A stretch of DNA of 28,344 bases from a virus (IMGVR_UViG_3300030104_005449:1-28344); one strand, 5' to 3'. Shown: positions 1 through 7,536, counted from the stretch's first letter. A program made the numbers and translations. Notes: generated by a model from the letters alone, not told the origin.

Positions 1-135
1 TTCTACTATTTCAGGAACTAATGTTTTTTTAAGTTCATATATTTTTTGTTGAAGCTCTATGTCATTAAACAAATCTCCTGTTAGTTTTTCTTTAAGATCT
101 TTTATCTTTTCTTTTATTTCTTCTACTTCTGTCAT
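1..135 (-). CDS. small hypothetical protein, 3'-truncated by the window edge (MTEVEEIKEKIKDLKEKLTGDLFNDIELQQKIYELKK...)
   Basis: Hand-translated. ATG at 135, open to position 1, overlaps the end of the 92..289 ORF. Confidence 0.65.
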   Translation of the reverse strand, partial: MTEVEEIKEKIKDLKEKLTGDLFNDIELQQKIYELKKTLVPEIVE

Positions 136-289
136 TTTTCTTAAGATTATCTATGTATTTTTTAACTTCTTCTATAGTTCTTAGGCCAGATATATCTTCA
201 GCCTCAAATTTTTCGTTTACTATATAGTATTCTTTAAAATGAGGCTCATAGATTACTTCTATACCTTTGTATTTTATAAAAATTGACAT
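92..289 (-). CDS. hypothetical protein, 65 aa
   Basis: ORF track. Fits the tightly packed minus-strand operon. Confidence 0.6.
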   Translation of the reverse strand: MSIFIKYKGIEVIYEPHFKEYYIVNEKFEAEDISGLRTIEEVKKYIDNLKKNDRSRRNKRKDKRS

Positions 290-299
290 AGTTATTGTT

Positions 300-1133
300 T
301 TAGAATATGTATCTGATTGTTTTTAAGTCAAAGTATTGTGAATATAATAATTTAAATTCATTAATTCTCCTTTTTTTGTGTATTAAAGGATATCTCATAA
401 CTCCAGAATTATTTTTTATTTCGTTACTAAATCTCATTAATTCTTGAGCTCCTGGAGAACTTCTTCTCATTTGGTTAATATGATTAGTTAAAGCAATAAC
501 CTCACATTTATTTTCTCCTGCAATTTCTTTTACTTGTTCAAACAATTCTTCATAATATTTCTGCCAACTAGGATAAAATACTAAAGGTGAATAGTTTATA
601 TGTACTTCCCAACCTAAATCTTTTAATCTACTAACATCTTTAAGCCTGTCTACAATTTTTTGCATTTTAGGCTCTAGAATATTAGAATATATTTGTGGCA
701 TAACAGATACACGTACTCTAGGTTTTTTATTAAAATGATTTACATCAAGTTTTAATAAACTAGAATATTTTGTAGCCATTGTAGTGTTTAGTCTAGGGTG
801 GTCATCATATCTTTTAATATAATCATGAAGACCTCCTGGTATAAATTTTTGCATCAGAACTAAATCTGAATTACATGCTATATCTACCATAGTATACAGA
901 GGATCCTGTTGATCAGGAACTTTATCATAAGTCATTTCCCATTTTACTACAGAGTTAAATATATCATCTACATTTTCATTTACAAAAACTCTTTCTCCAT
1001 TGTATCTAGACATATAACAATAAGTATTTACACAACCACCAAAACATCCATAAATAATATTTGGAGCTATACAGTTGGCACTATTGTTATTAGGTTTTGT
1101 TACTAAGGTTTTAGTTTTTTGATATTTAATCAT
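300..1133 (-). CDS. splB: spore photoproduct lyase-like radical SAM protein
   Basis: GCFGGCVNTYCY Fe-S motif (Cx3Cx4C variant with YCY). DIACNSD matches the catalytic-Cys region of SplB. ATKY, RVRVS..P....EP and C-terminal IRYIF also resemble SP lyases. Confidence 0.8.
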   Translation of the reverse strand: MIKYQKTKTLVTKPNNNSANCIAPNIIYGCFGGCVNTYCYMSRYNGERVFVNENVDDIFNSVVKWEMTYDKVPDQQDPLYTMVDIACNSDLVLMQKFIPGGLHDYIKRYDDHPRLNTTMATKYSSLLKLDVNHFNKKPRVRVSVMPQIYSNILEPKMQKIVDRLKDVSRLKDLGWEVHINYSPLVFYPSWQKYYEELFEQVKEIAGENKCEVIALTNHINQMRRSSPGAQELMRFSNEIKNNSGVMRYPLIHKKRRINEFKLLYSQYFDLKTIRYIF

Positions 1134-1252
1134 AATATAATTTCTAGTTCTAATAGAACTCTACAAATAATTATTCCTAAAGAAAATCCTAATAAAAAAT
1201 ATTGGATATCGTTTACTATTCGTCTAGTTCTGCGGTTTTTTATTCTTATCAT
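1130..1252 (-). CDS. 40-aa single-TM membrane protein (MIRIKNRRTRRIVNDIQYFLLGFSLGIIICRVLLELEIIL)
   Basis: Hand-translated. Its stop overlaps the lyase start as ATGA. Confidence 0.55.
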   Translation of the reverse strand: MIRIKNRRTRRIVNDIQYFLLGFSLGIIICRVLLELEIIL

Positions 1253-1364
1253 GTTTTATTAGTTTATCTAAAAGCTGTTGCAAAGACCTAATCAATTTAA
1301 AATTAGGTCTAAGCTTCAACTTTTCACTTAAAATTTTCTTAGTTATTTCTGATTTGTTTTTCAT
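1224..1364 (-). CDS. 46-aa basic hypothetical protein (MKNKSEITKKILSEKLKLRPNFKLIRSLQQLL...)
   Basis: Hand-translated. Overlaps both neighbours in the operon. Confidence 0.55.
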   Translation of the reverse strand: MKNKSEITKKILSEKLKLRPNFKLIRSLQQLLDKLIKHDKNKKPQN

Positions 1365-1491
1365 ATTCTGTAAATATACCAGTTAATACATCAGCTACTT
1401 GTTCTTTAGCGTCATATATATTAGTGTTATCATTTACAATTTTAACTATTATTTCAGATATACCTAAGATTTTCTTTTGTTTTTGTGTCAT
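1339..1491 (-). CDS. 50-aa hypothetical protein (MTQKQKKILGISEIIVKIV...)
   Basis: Hand-translated. Starts 10 nt after the polymerase stop. Confidence 0.55.
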   Translation of the reverse strand: MTQKQKKILGISEIIVKIVNDNTNIYDAKEQVADVLTGIFTEYEKQIRNN

Positions 1492-1501
1492 GTTATAAAA
1501 A

Positions 1502-3520
1502 TTAGTGTGTCCAATAAGGAGTTATACACGGTTCTGCTTTAAGAGGCACTGTTTTACAAAATATATCGCCTGCATCTTCCATACATTTTTTTAATATTAA
1601 GGACAACTCTTTTGCTTGGTCTTTCTTACATTCAAGATGTATCTCATCATGAACTACATTAGGCATTAAAACTTTAAACACAAGATTGTGTTTTTCTAAG
1701 TATCTAAACATATAAATGCCTGCAAGTTTTGTAATATCAGCAGATGTACCTTGAATAGGATAATTTAATGCATCCCGTTCAATACCACCTTTCTTTACAA
1801 AATACTCACGTACTTTAGGCTTTAATATATTATTAAAATAATTAGAATTTTTAGTTTTTTCTTGCTTATATGTAGTCCAGAAGTCTTTATCTTCATATAA
1901 TTCTTTATGCAATTTTTTAAAGTCTTCAAATCCATAAACAAAACATTTTCTTTTGCTTACGTCATTAAATTCTATATAACCATTTTTAAGAGCTTTAGCT
2001 TTCTGTTGTTTAAAATAACTATCAAGTCCAGGAAATGCTTCAAAGTATGCTTTATATACCATTTCACCTGTTTCTAAAGGTAAAGATAGATTTTTAGCAA
2101 TAGTCATTCCTACACCACCATAGTTAATAGCAAAACCAGCAGCTTTGGCCATTTGTCTTAAATCAGGTCTAGCTTTTTTTACATCGTTTAGTTTAACATC
2201 AGATAATTCTTCTGTAAATATTTTCTTAGCATTGAACGAATGCATATCGCCTAATCCTTTAGCATAAAATTCTAATAGGTTAGGTTCTAACGATTTATTA
2301 GCTAGCACTACTTGTTCTTGACCAGAATAATCTGCAACAATTAATGTATTTCCTTCTTCTGCAACAAAACAAGATCTTGTTCTATCATCAGCAGGTACAT
2401 TTTGCATATTAGGTTTTTGATGTAAACCACGTTTTTTATTAGCTTTTTGACCACTACTAAGTCTACCTGTATTCATTATTTGTGTATAATTAGTATGAAT
2501 ACGTTTAGTCCTAGAATTAATATAGTCAAACCAGTTATCTCCATAAGTAGAAACTAGTTTGTAAGCTTCACTATACTCTATATACAAAGGTATAATAGAA
2601 TGCTTCTTTTTCTGTGGTAACAATACTCCTTTATCAATAGAGTCTTTCATCAAACCAGATTGCTTGTCTTTTATCTTTGTATCTATACCTATTTTCTGCA
2701 TAAAAGGAATAACCTGTTTAGAGCTATTCCAATTTATACGTGTTTTCGGTTTGTTATCAAACAAATCCATTTGATTATCAATTAAATGCGGAAACAATTC
2801 AGGATTATCGAATATAAATTTATCTAGTTTATCTTCTTTTTGTTTAAGATGTTTTTTATCTTCTAAACATTTTTTATTCCATTTGTCTTTATCTAGTTTA
2901 ACACCACAGTGTTCTATATAAGCCAACACTCTAACATATTCATTGTCTAGGCTTATAGATTTTAATAAATCAAACTCTTGTGCTTTTTCTAGTTGTTTAC
3001 GTTTTATTTCAGACAAATATTTTACATCATCGCCTGCATATTTAATAACTCTAGTACTTAAACCTTCTCTATGGATACTGCCTCTAACAGATTTGTCCAT
3101 ATGTTGTTTACAATAATTCCAAACCAATGCATCTAGACCCTTTCTTGCAGTAGGAATACCAGTAGTTAGTATTCTTTCAGCTAAGAAAGTATCATATATT
3201 TTGCTAGGAACTATACCAAAGAAATATAAAAACTTTAGATCAAATTTAGCATTCTGAAATATTACTAACTTACGTTCCATAATATCTTTAAATAATTGAA
3301 TGCTTACTGTAGAACAATCTATAACAAATTGTTTTTTATCATCACCTAATTGTAAAGACAGTAAATCTGTGTCTACAGAAGGGTCAAACCGTTTAGTTTC
3401 TGTATCTACACCCACTTCATTTAAAGTTTCTAAGTATTCAAGACATTTTTCTACTGTAGAAAAACTATATCCTACAGGAGTAAATAAGCTTTGTTGATTA
3501 GTAATAAGATATGTGCTCAT
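1502..3520 (-). CDS. polA: DNA polymerase family A with N-terminal 3'-5' exonuclease
   Basis: Exonuclease motifs VDTET, QNAKFD and YAGDD. Polymerase motifs TGRLSS, PNMQN, A (ADYSGQE), B (RQMAKAAGFAINYG), NYPIQG and C (VHDE). No 5'-3' exonuclease domain, as in phage enzymes. Confidence 0.97.
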   Translation of the reverse strand: MSTYLITNQQSLFTPVGYSFSTVEKCLEYLETLNEVGVDTETKRFDPSVDTDLLSLQLGDDKKQFVIDCSTVSIQLFKDIMERKLVIFQNAKFDLKFLYFFGIVPSKIYDTFLAERILTTGIPTARKGLDALVWNYCKQHMDKSVRGSIHREGLSTRVIKYAGDDVKYLSEIKRKQLEKAQEFDLLKSISLDNEYVRVLAYIEHCGVKLDKDKWNKKCLEDKKHLKQKEDKLDKFIFDNPELFPHLIDNQMDLFDNKPKTRINWNSSKQVIPFMQKIGIDTKIKDKQSGLMKDSIDKGVLLPQKKKHSIIPLYIEYSEAYKLVSTYGDNWFDYINSRTKRIHTNYTQIMNTGRLSSGQKANKKRGLHQKPNMQNVPADDRTRSCFVAEEGNTLIVADYSGQEQVVLANKSLEPNLLEFYAKGLGDMHSFNAKKIFTEELSDVKLNDVKKARPDLRQMAKAAGFAINYGGVGMTIAKNLSLPLETGEMVYKAYFEAFPGLDSYFKQQKAKALKNGYIEFNDVSKRKCFVYGFEDFKKLHKELYEDKDFWTTYKQEKTKNSNYFNNILKPKVREYFVKKGGIERDALNYPIQGTSADITKLAGIYMFRYLEKHNLVFKVLMPNVVHDEIHLECKKDQAKELSLILKKCMEDAGDIFCKTVPLKAEPCITPYWTH

Positions 3521-3522
3521 AA

Positions 3523-3804
3523 TTAATATAATGTTAATTCTTGTAGATAAAAATCATATACAATAGGTTCTTTATCTTCTTTACACTTCATTTTAATATA
3601 TAATTCATAAAAAGAAGTGTGACCAAGATATTCTATAGTTGTTATTTCTGATTCTGTAGCATTAAACTCTCTAGCAAGTGCAGATTCTATGGCTGTGATA
3701 TTATCTTTGACATTTCCTTTGCCGCTTACTACCCCTTTTATGGTATTGTTATAATCTATAATAACAATAACTTTATCTTTATTTGTTGTTAAGTCTGCAA
3801 TCAT
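3523..3804 (-). CDS. hypothetical protein, 93 aa
   Basis: ORF track. Ends 2 nt before the polymerase start. Confidence 0.7.
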   Translation of the reverse strand: MIADLTTNKDKVIVIIDYNNTIKGVVSGKGNVKDNITAIESALAREFNATESEITTIEYLGHTSFYELYIKMKCKEDKEPIVYDFYLQELTLY

Positions 3805-3809
3805 AATAT

Positions 3810-4049
3810 TTATTCTTTTGGTAAAAAATCGTTTATATATAGTTGTTCTTTGTCTATAGCGTCTAGATATATTTGTTCGTATTTTTTAATATCTTCTACA
3901 CTACATTCTTTATTAAAGTGTTCAGTAATTAATGTTGCTAAATGTGAAGTAGACTCTACTTTATAATCTAAATGTATCAGTCTTATATACAATCCAATCT
4001 CATCGAACTGCACTTTTTTTCTCGTTTCTTTTCTCGTTATATCTGCCAT
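3810..4049 (-). CDS. hypothetical protein, 79 aa
   Basis: ORF track. First gene after the 4101-4129 terminator. Confidence 0.7.
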   Translation of the reverse strand: MADITRKETRKKVQFDEIGLYIRLIHLDYKVESTSHLATLITEHFNKECSVEDIKKYEQIYLDAIDKEQLYINDFLPKE

Positions 4050-4100
4050 TATAGTGTGCTTTAATATGTTACCTAAATTTCTTTTATAAATTATAAAACA

Positions 4101-4129
4101 ATAAAAAAGAGACTCATTATAAGTCTCTT
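4101..4129 (-). terminator. intrinsic terminator
   Basis: Stem aagagact (4107-4114) / agtctctt (4122-4129), followed by a T-run on the minus strand. Confidence 0.7.
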
Positions 4130-4156
4130 AATAATTATTAAACAATTATTTTAACA

Positions 4157-4423
4157 TTAACATTCAGCGTCAATGTTACAGTTTATCATCCAAGTTAAAT
4201 ACTTGGCATCCTGTCTACTATAAGCAATATATTCAGTATGTAATAAGTGTATAAAATCACATAAAGATTCTTCTGAACGATCATCTGTATTAGATACCCA
4301 TAATGAAATAGCTTGATCCATTTCATCATCAGTTAAATTAGTTTTTAATTCCAATTCAAGCGGTTCATTTTCATATGTTATTTTCATAGTAGCAGTTATA
4401 AACTTTCTTGTATTTTCTTTCAT
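4157..4423 (-). CDS. hypothetical protein, 88 aa
   Basis: ORF track. Preceded by TATCTTTAT, a -7-box-like element. Confidence 0.7.
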   Translation of the reverse strand: MKENTRKFITATMKITYENEPLELELKTNLTDDEMDQAISLWVSNTDDRSEESLCDFIHLLHTEYIAYSRQDAKYLTWMINCNIDAEC

Positions 4424-4434
4424 AATATAAAGAT

Positions 4435-4469
4435 AAAAAAAATGGGGAGCTTACAAAAACCCCCCATTT
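4435..4469 (-). terminator. intrinsic terminator
   Basis: Stem aaatgggg...ccccattt followed by a T-run on the minus strand. Confidence 0.75.
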
Positions 4470-4535
4470 CTACCTTTCAATTATGAACTAGAGTCAGTGA
4501 CACTCTCCACAGTTAAACTGACTCCGTCCATATCT
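4435..4535 (-). ncRNA. candidate 3'-UTR-derived antisense sRNA
   Basis: Hairpin gagtcagt/actgactc (4491-4524), then a single-stranded GUUCAUAAUUGAAAGG complementary to two phage start regions, then a terminator. Confidence 0.45.
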
Positions 4536-4943
4536 TTAATCTCCAAACAATTCGTCTAGAGTTCCTATATCATAAGCATAATTTGCATTTTTTGTATCAT
4601 AATATATAACACCAGCATTATTGCTATTAAAATTTACATTCATCATATAATTACCTGGTACAGGAGTTGTAACATATAATTGTTTTGTTTCATTTCCATT
4701 AATAAATTCTAATAAATAATAATTATTTTCAATAGGCAATGCCATAGCATATTCTGCATTATTTCTAACATGTATATCATTACCCATATAATATGACCAA
4801 GTGTCAGTATTTTCAGCAGGTATGTATATGTTGATAAAAGTAATTGGAGCTTCTCCATTTAATGATGCACCAGAAATATTAAATAACTGGCTATATACTG
4901 TTGAACTAACCGCTAACAGTACAATTAATAATAAATTTCTCAT
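4536..4943 (-). CDS. secreted hypothetical protein, 135 aa
   Basis: Signal peptide MRNLLLIVLLAVSSTVYS followed by Gln. The mature part looks beta-rich. Confidence 0.75.
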   Translation of the reverse strand: MRNLLLIVLLAVSSTVYSQLFNISGASLNGEAPITFINIYIPAENTDTWSYYMGNDIHVRNNAEYAMALPIENNYYLLEFINGNETKQLYVTTPVPGNYMMNVNFNSNNAGVIYYDTKNANYAYDIGTLDELFGD

Positions 4944-4967
4944 ATTTTTTTAAGTTTTTTAAGTGAA

Positions 4968-5159
4968 TTAATTTAAATAAACAGTACAATCCTCTACACT
5001 GATACCTGGCATAGAAAAATACTCTGACCTGTATGTCGTAACTAAAGGTAGTAAGATTAATCTCTGTACTACCTCTAGTTTAGACATGTTAGGATAGGCA
5101 TCCACACTATATACCATTTCAAGGTCACTGTTCATTTCTTTGAATGTTGCTTTTAACAT
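4968..5159 (-). CDS. hypothetical protein, 63 aa
   Basis: ORF track. Overlaps the stop of the upstream ORF. Confidence 0.6.
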   Translation of the reverse strand: MLKATFKEMNSDLEMVYSVDAYPNMSKLEVVQRLILLPLVTTYRSEYFSMPGISVEDCTVYLN

Positions 5160-5305
5160 CGCTCTAAAAGTAAAGAAAGTTTTTCTAGATAGACATCACT
5201 AGCTATCTTACGATAAACTTCTAAGACTTTATTCTTGCCCCACGTAGGGTTTGCCTCCAGAGCTTCGGCAAATTTCGAGTCAATCTCGTTCATTATCTCT
5301 TTCAT
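5153..5305 (-). CDS. 50-aa hypothetical protein (MKEIMNEIDSKFAEALEANPTWGKNKVLEVYRK...)
   Basis: Hand-translated. ATGA overlap with the upstream gene at 5302-5305. Confidence 0.6.
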   Translation of the reverse strand: MKEIMNEIDSKFAEALEANPTWGKNKVLEVYRKIASDVYLEKLSLLLERC

Positions 5306-5508
5306 ACTCGTACTCTTATTCTTTTAGTACAATTACTATTAGGAGAACCGTGTTTTCTTTTCCATCTTCTTCTTAATCTTTTACGTTTGTCATAAATAAT
5401 AGAAGATTCTACAGCAACAGAATTATCTGTTGTCTCATTTTTGACTTCAGTGTTAGCTGAAGAACTAAATGATAATAATAAGCTAAATAAAATGATAATT
5501 GATTTCAT
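5302..5508 (-). CDS. small protein with signal peptide and very basic C-terminus
   Basis: Start moved from 5565 to 5508 (MKSIIILFSLLLSFSSSA), which has an A-rich leader and gives a clean signal peptide. Confidence 0.65.
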   Translation of the reverse strand: MKSIIILFSLLLSFSSSANTEVKNETTDNSVAVESSIIYDKRKRLRRRWKRKHGSPNSNCTKRIRVRV

Positions 5509-5554
5509 AGTTTTAAATTTAAAAGGTAAATAAATAATTAATATAATGCTATAA

Positions 5555-5812
5555 TTACTCTGCAATTCTATAAGTACACTTGTTAAATACAGTAGGAACT
5601 TTCTTTATCTTAAGAGTAATTTCTAGTTGGTTAATGTGTCTAATAATATCTAGACCATTATGTAACGTATCTTTAGATACGTGTTCTATTATTTCTAATA
5701 GATCAGGTGATTTTTCTTGTTCTTCTTGTTCATACAAAAAGCTTGTTATACTATGTTGAATAATAAGACTATCTACATAGTTAATTAATTGAGAACTATT
5801 GTCTATGTCCAT
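5555..5812 (-). CDS. hypothetical protein, 85 aa
   Basis: ORF track. Start context CCTTTCAATTATG. Confidence 0.7.
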   Translation of the reverse strand: MDIDNSSQLINYVDSLIIQHSITSFLYEQEEQEKSPDLLEIIEHVSKDTLHNGLDIIRHINQLEITLKIKKVPTVFNKCTYRIAE

Positions 5813-5832
5813 AATTGAAAGGATTAAAAGGT

Positions 5833-6003
5833 TTATAAATCAATTGATTGTCTAGTTATTAACAATGTTAATCCAGCACTAATCAATCCAAATAATATGC
5901 CGTCACCAAATTGATCAGTATGCATACAAAATATCATTGATATAACACTAGTTAATAACAATATTAAGGTAATAAAAATTGGGTTAAAAATAAGTTTTTT
6001 CAT
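5833..6003 (-). CDS. 56-aa two-TM membrane protein (MKKLIFNPIFITLILLLTSVISMIF...GILFGLISAGLTLLI...)
   Basis: Hand-translated. Two hydrophobic segments and an A-rich leader. Confidence 0.65.
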   Translation of the reverse strand: MKKLIFNPIFITLILLLTSVISMIFCMHTDQFGDGILFGLISAGLTLLITRQSIDL

Positions 6004-6026
6004 ATTAAATAAATTAAAAGGTAAAT

Positions 6027-6062
6027 AAAAAATAAAAGGGACTCCTTGAATAAAGAGTCCCC
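6027..6062 (-). terminator. intrinsic terminator
   Basis: Stem gggactc (6038-6044) / gagtccc (6055-6061), followed by TTTTATTTTTT on the minus strand. Confidence 0.75.
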
Positions 6063-6088
6063 ATTATTATTAACTATTATGAAAGCAA

Positions 6089-6634
6089 TTATCCTCCAAT
6101 TGCTTGTGCTACTGCATCATCCGTAGATACTGTAGTAGTTTTTCTTACTGTGTTTTGTAAGAAAGTATGAGTAGGATTTCCTAATACTACATCTGACTTA
6201 ACAAAGATATAATCTCCATCATTACTAAGAATGAAATCACCATCTTTACCTGCACGTTTAGCACGAGTATCTAGATTAGCAAAATCATACTCAGTACCAT
6301 CAATTGTTTCAGTAATTTGGATATGTAATTCCTGTCCGTCAATAGTAGGATTCGATACATCTAAGTCCATTGTATCTCCTTCATTAGCTAAAGAAGAACA
6401 ATCAATTCCCAATGCAGTTTTAATATCAGAAACTTCACCTGAATGCCAAGCATAACGTGGTTTAGATTCTACAGTAAAACGTTCATCAGATTTATTTAAG
6501 ATACCTACAATAGATGAAGGTCTTAAATTAGGATTAGTTATCTTCTCAGCAAACATTAGTTGAACTTTGTTTCCTTTTACTTTCTTTGCACCGATCACAG
6601 CACATTGTCCTTGTTTTAAATTTTCTAAATTCAT
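6089..6634 (-). CDS. hypothetical protein, 181 aa (possibly nucleic-acid binding, function unassigned)
   Basis: ORF track. Has its own long leader and terminator. No diagnostic motif recognised. Confidence 0.8.
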   Translation of the reverse strand: MNLENLKQGQCAVIGAKKVKGNKVQLMFAEKITNPNLRPSSIVGILNKSDERFTVESKPRYAWHSGEVSDIKTALGIDCSSLANEGDTMDLDVSNPTIDGQELHIQITETIDGTEYDFANLDTRAKRAGKDGDFILSNDGDYIFVKSDVVLGNPTHTFLQNTVRKTTTVSTDDAVAQAIGG

Positions 6635-6894
6635 TTTAGATTATTTTATAGATTATAGTTTAGCTTTCAGAACAAACAGACTTTCGATTTAATACAATCT
6701 ATTCTTATATATCTGACTTGGAAGAATGATTGTGTTTATAGAAGTCTTTTACTTATTATGGAAAGCGATTCATAATAAGTAATTTATAATAATGCTATAA
6801 AGAATTAAATAATGTAGTTCTTTATGTTTATAGTTTGGGTAATAAATACCGTGATTTTACTTATCAACCGTAATTACTCTCAGTATTTAGAAAA

Positions 6895-6950
6895 GGTCGA
6901 TGACTTTGTTTCTTTTTTTTCGTTGACGTTGTTACAGTCGTTTGACTTTG
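6895..6950 (-). promoter_or_regulatory. cluster of TCG(W)TGACKTTG motif copies, candidate phage early promoter or operator
   Basis: ggtcgatgactttg 6895-6908, tcgttgacgttg 6920-6931 and gtcgtttgactttg 6937-6950. Another copy lies at 7318-7331. Confidence 0.45.
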
Positions 6951-6978
6951 TTATACTTTATTATACTTTATTACGTAA

Positions 6979-7012
6979 TAAAAGAAAAAAAGAAGAGGAG
7001 CCGAAGCTCCTC
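6979..7012 (-). terminator. intrinsic terminator with a UUCG tetraloop
   Basis: Minus strand reads GAGGAGC-TTCG-GCTCCTC then TTCTTTTTTTCTTTT, just after the 7018 stop. Confidence 0.85.
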
Positions 7013-7017
7013 GTCTG

Positions 7018-7260
7018 TTATGCGTAATGTAACATCTTCAGTGTGATGCCGTCCTCAGTAGTACGTGGAGTACCGTCTTCGTTAAGCATAGGAACTAAAG
7101 AGTAACCGTCAGGTATCTCGATAGTGTCTCCCTCTGATAGGTTAGCTACTGCTTCTCGTGGTACGTAGCAAGGTGTAGCTTGGAATACGAAAGCGTTAGC
7201 TTTGACTAATAATAGGGCACTCTTAGTGCCTCTGTTGGAGTGAAAAATAGCTTGTGCCAT
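7018..7260 (-). CDS. 80-aa hypothetical protein, likely early gene (MAQAIFHSNRGTKSALLLV...)
   Basis: Start moved from 7356 to 7260 (TTTCAATTATG context). Has its own upstream motif and terminator. Confidence 0.75.
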   Translation of the reverse strand: MAQAIFHSNRGTKSALLLVKANAFVFQATPCYVPREAVANLSEGDTIEIPDGYSLVPMLNEDGTPRTTEDGITLKMLHYA

Positions 7261-7317
7261 AATTGAAAAGTTTAAATTTTGGAGCGGGGTACTATTACCC
7301 ATCCAGATATTAGTTAG

Positions 7318-7331
7318 GGTCGTTGACTTTG
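7318..7331 (-). promoter_or_regulatory. motif copy GGTCGTTGACTTTG
   Basis: 13/14 identical to 6895-6908, about 60 nt upstream of the 7260 start. Confidence 0.45.
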
Positions 7332-7354
7332 CTGGTCTCCATTTAAACACGCAC

Positions 7355-7400
7355 AAAAAATTTTATAAAAAAAATTTCTAAAAAAAATTTTATAAAAATT
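7355..7400. repeat. tandem AnTn tracts with about 13-bp period
   Basis: aaaaaattttat-aaaaaaaatttct-aaaaaaaattttat-aaaaatt. Confidence 0.7.
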
Positions 7401-7536
7401 ATCTGCCTTGTCCTTTATAAGACTTTTTGTAATTACGAGAAGATTTTAGTTTACTAGATTTACTCTTGCTGTGAATTCCCTTTCTTTTTTTAGCAGGGGT
7501 AAATAGTTTAGAATCTGTTATTGTTCTTTTAGCCAT
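7399..7536 (-). CDS. 45-aa very basic protein ending YKGQGR
   Basis: Hand-translated as MAKRTITDSKLFTPAKKRKGIHSKSKSSKLKSSRNYKKSYKGQGR. Resembles small phage proteins ending YRGQGR. Confidence 0.75.
   Translation of the reverse strand: MAKRTITDSKLFTPAKKRKGIHSKSKSSKLKSSRNYKKSYKGQGR

Noticed and set aside
2070-2160. Unusual polymerase motif B residue
   Set aside because: KAAGFAINYG has the ordinary Phe at the position equivalent to E. coli 762.
909-7027. Plus-strand ORFs 909..1106, 3300..3497, 6231..6455 and 6824..7027
   Set aside because: They are antisense shadows of real genes or run across a terminator and repeat region.
7459-7503. 12-bp hairpin tttactcttgct/agcaggggtaaa as an ncRNA
   Set aside because: It lies inside the 45-aa basic ORF and pairs well only on the non-coding strand. 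Probably incidental.
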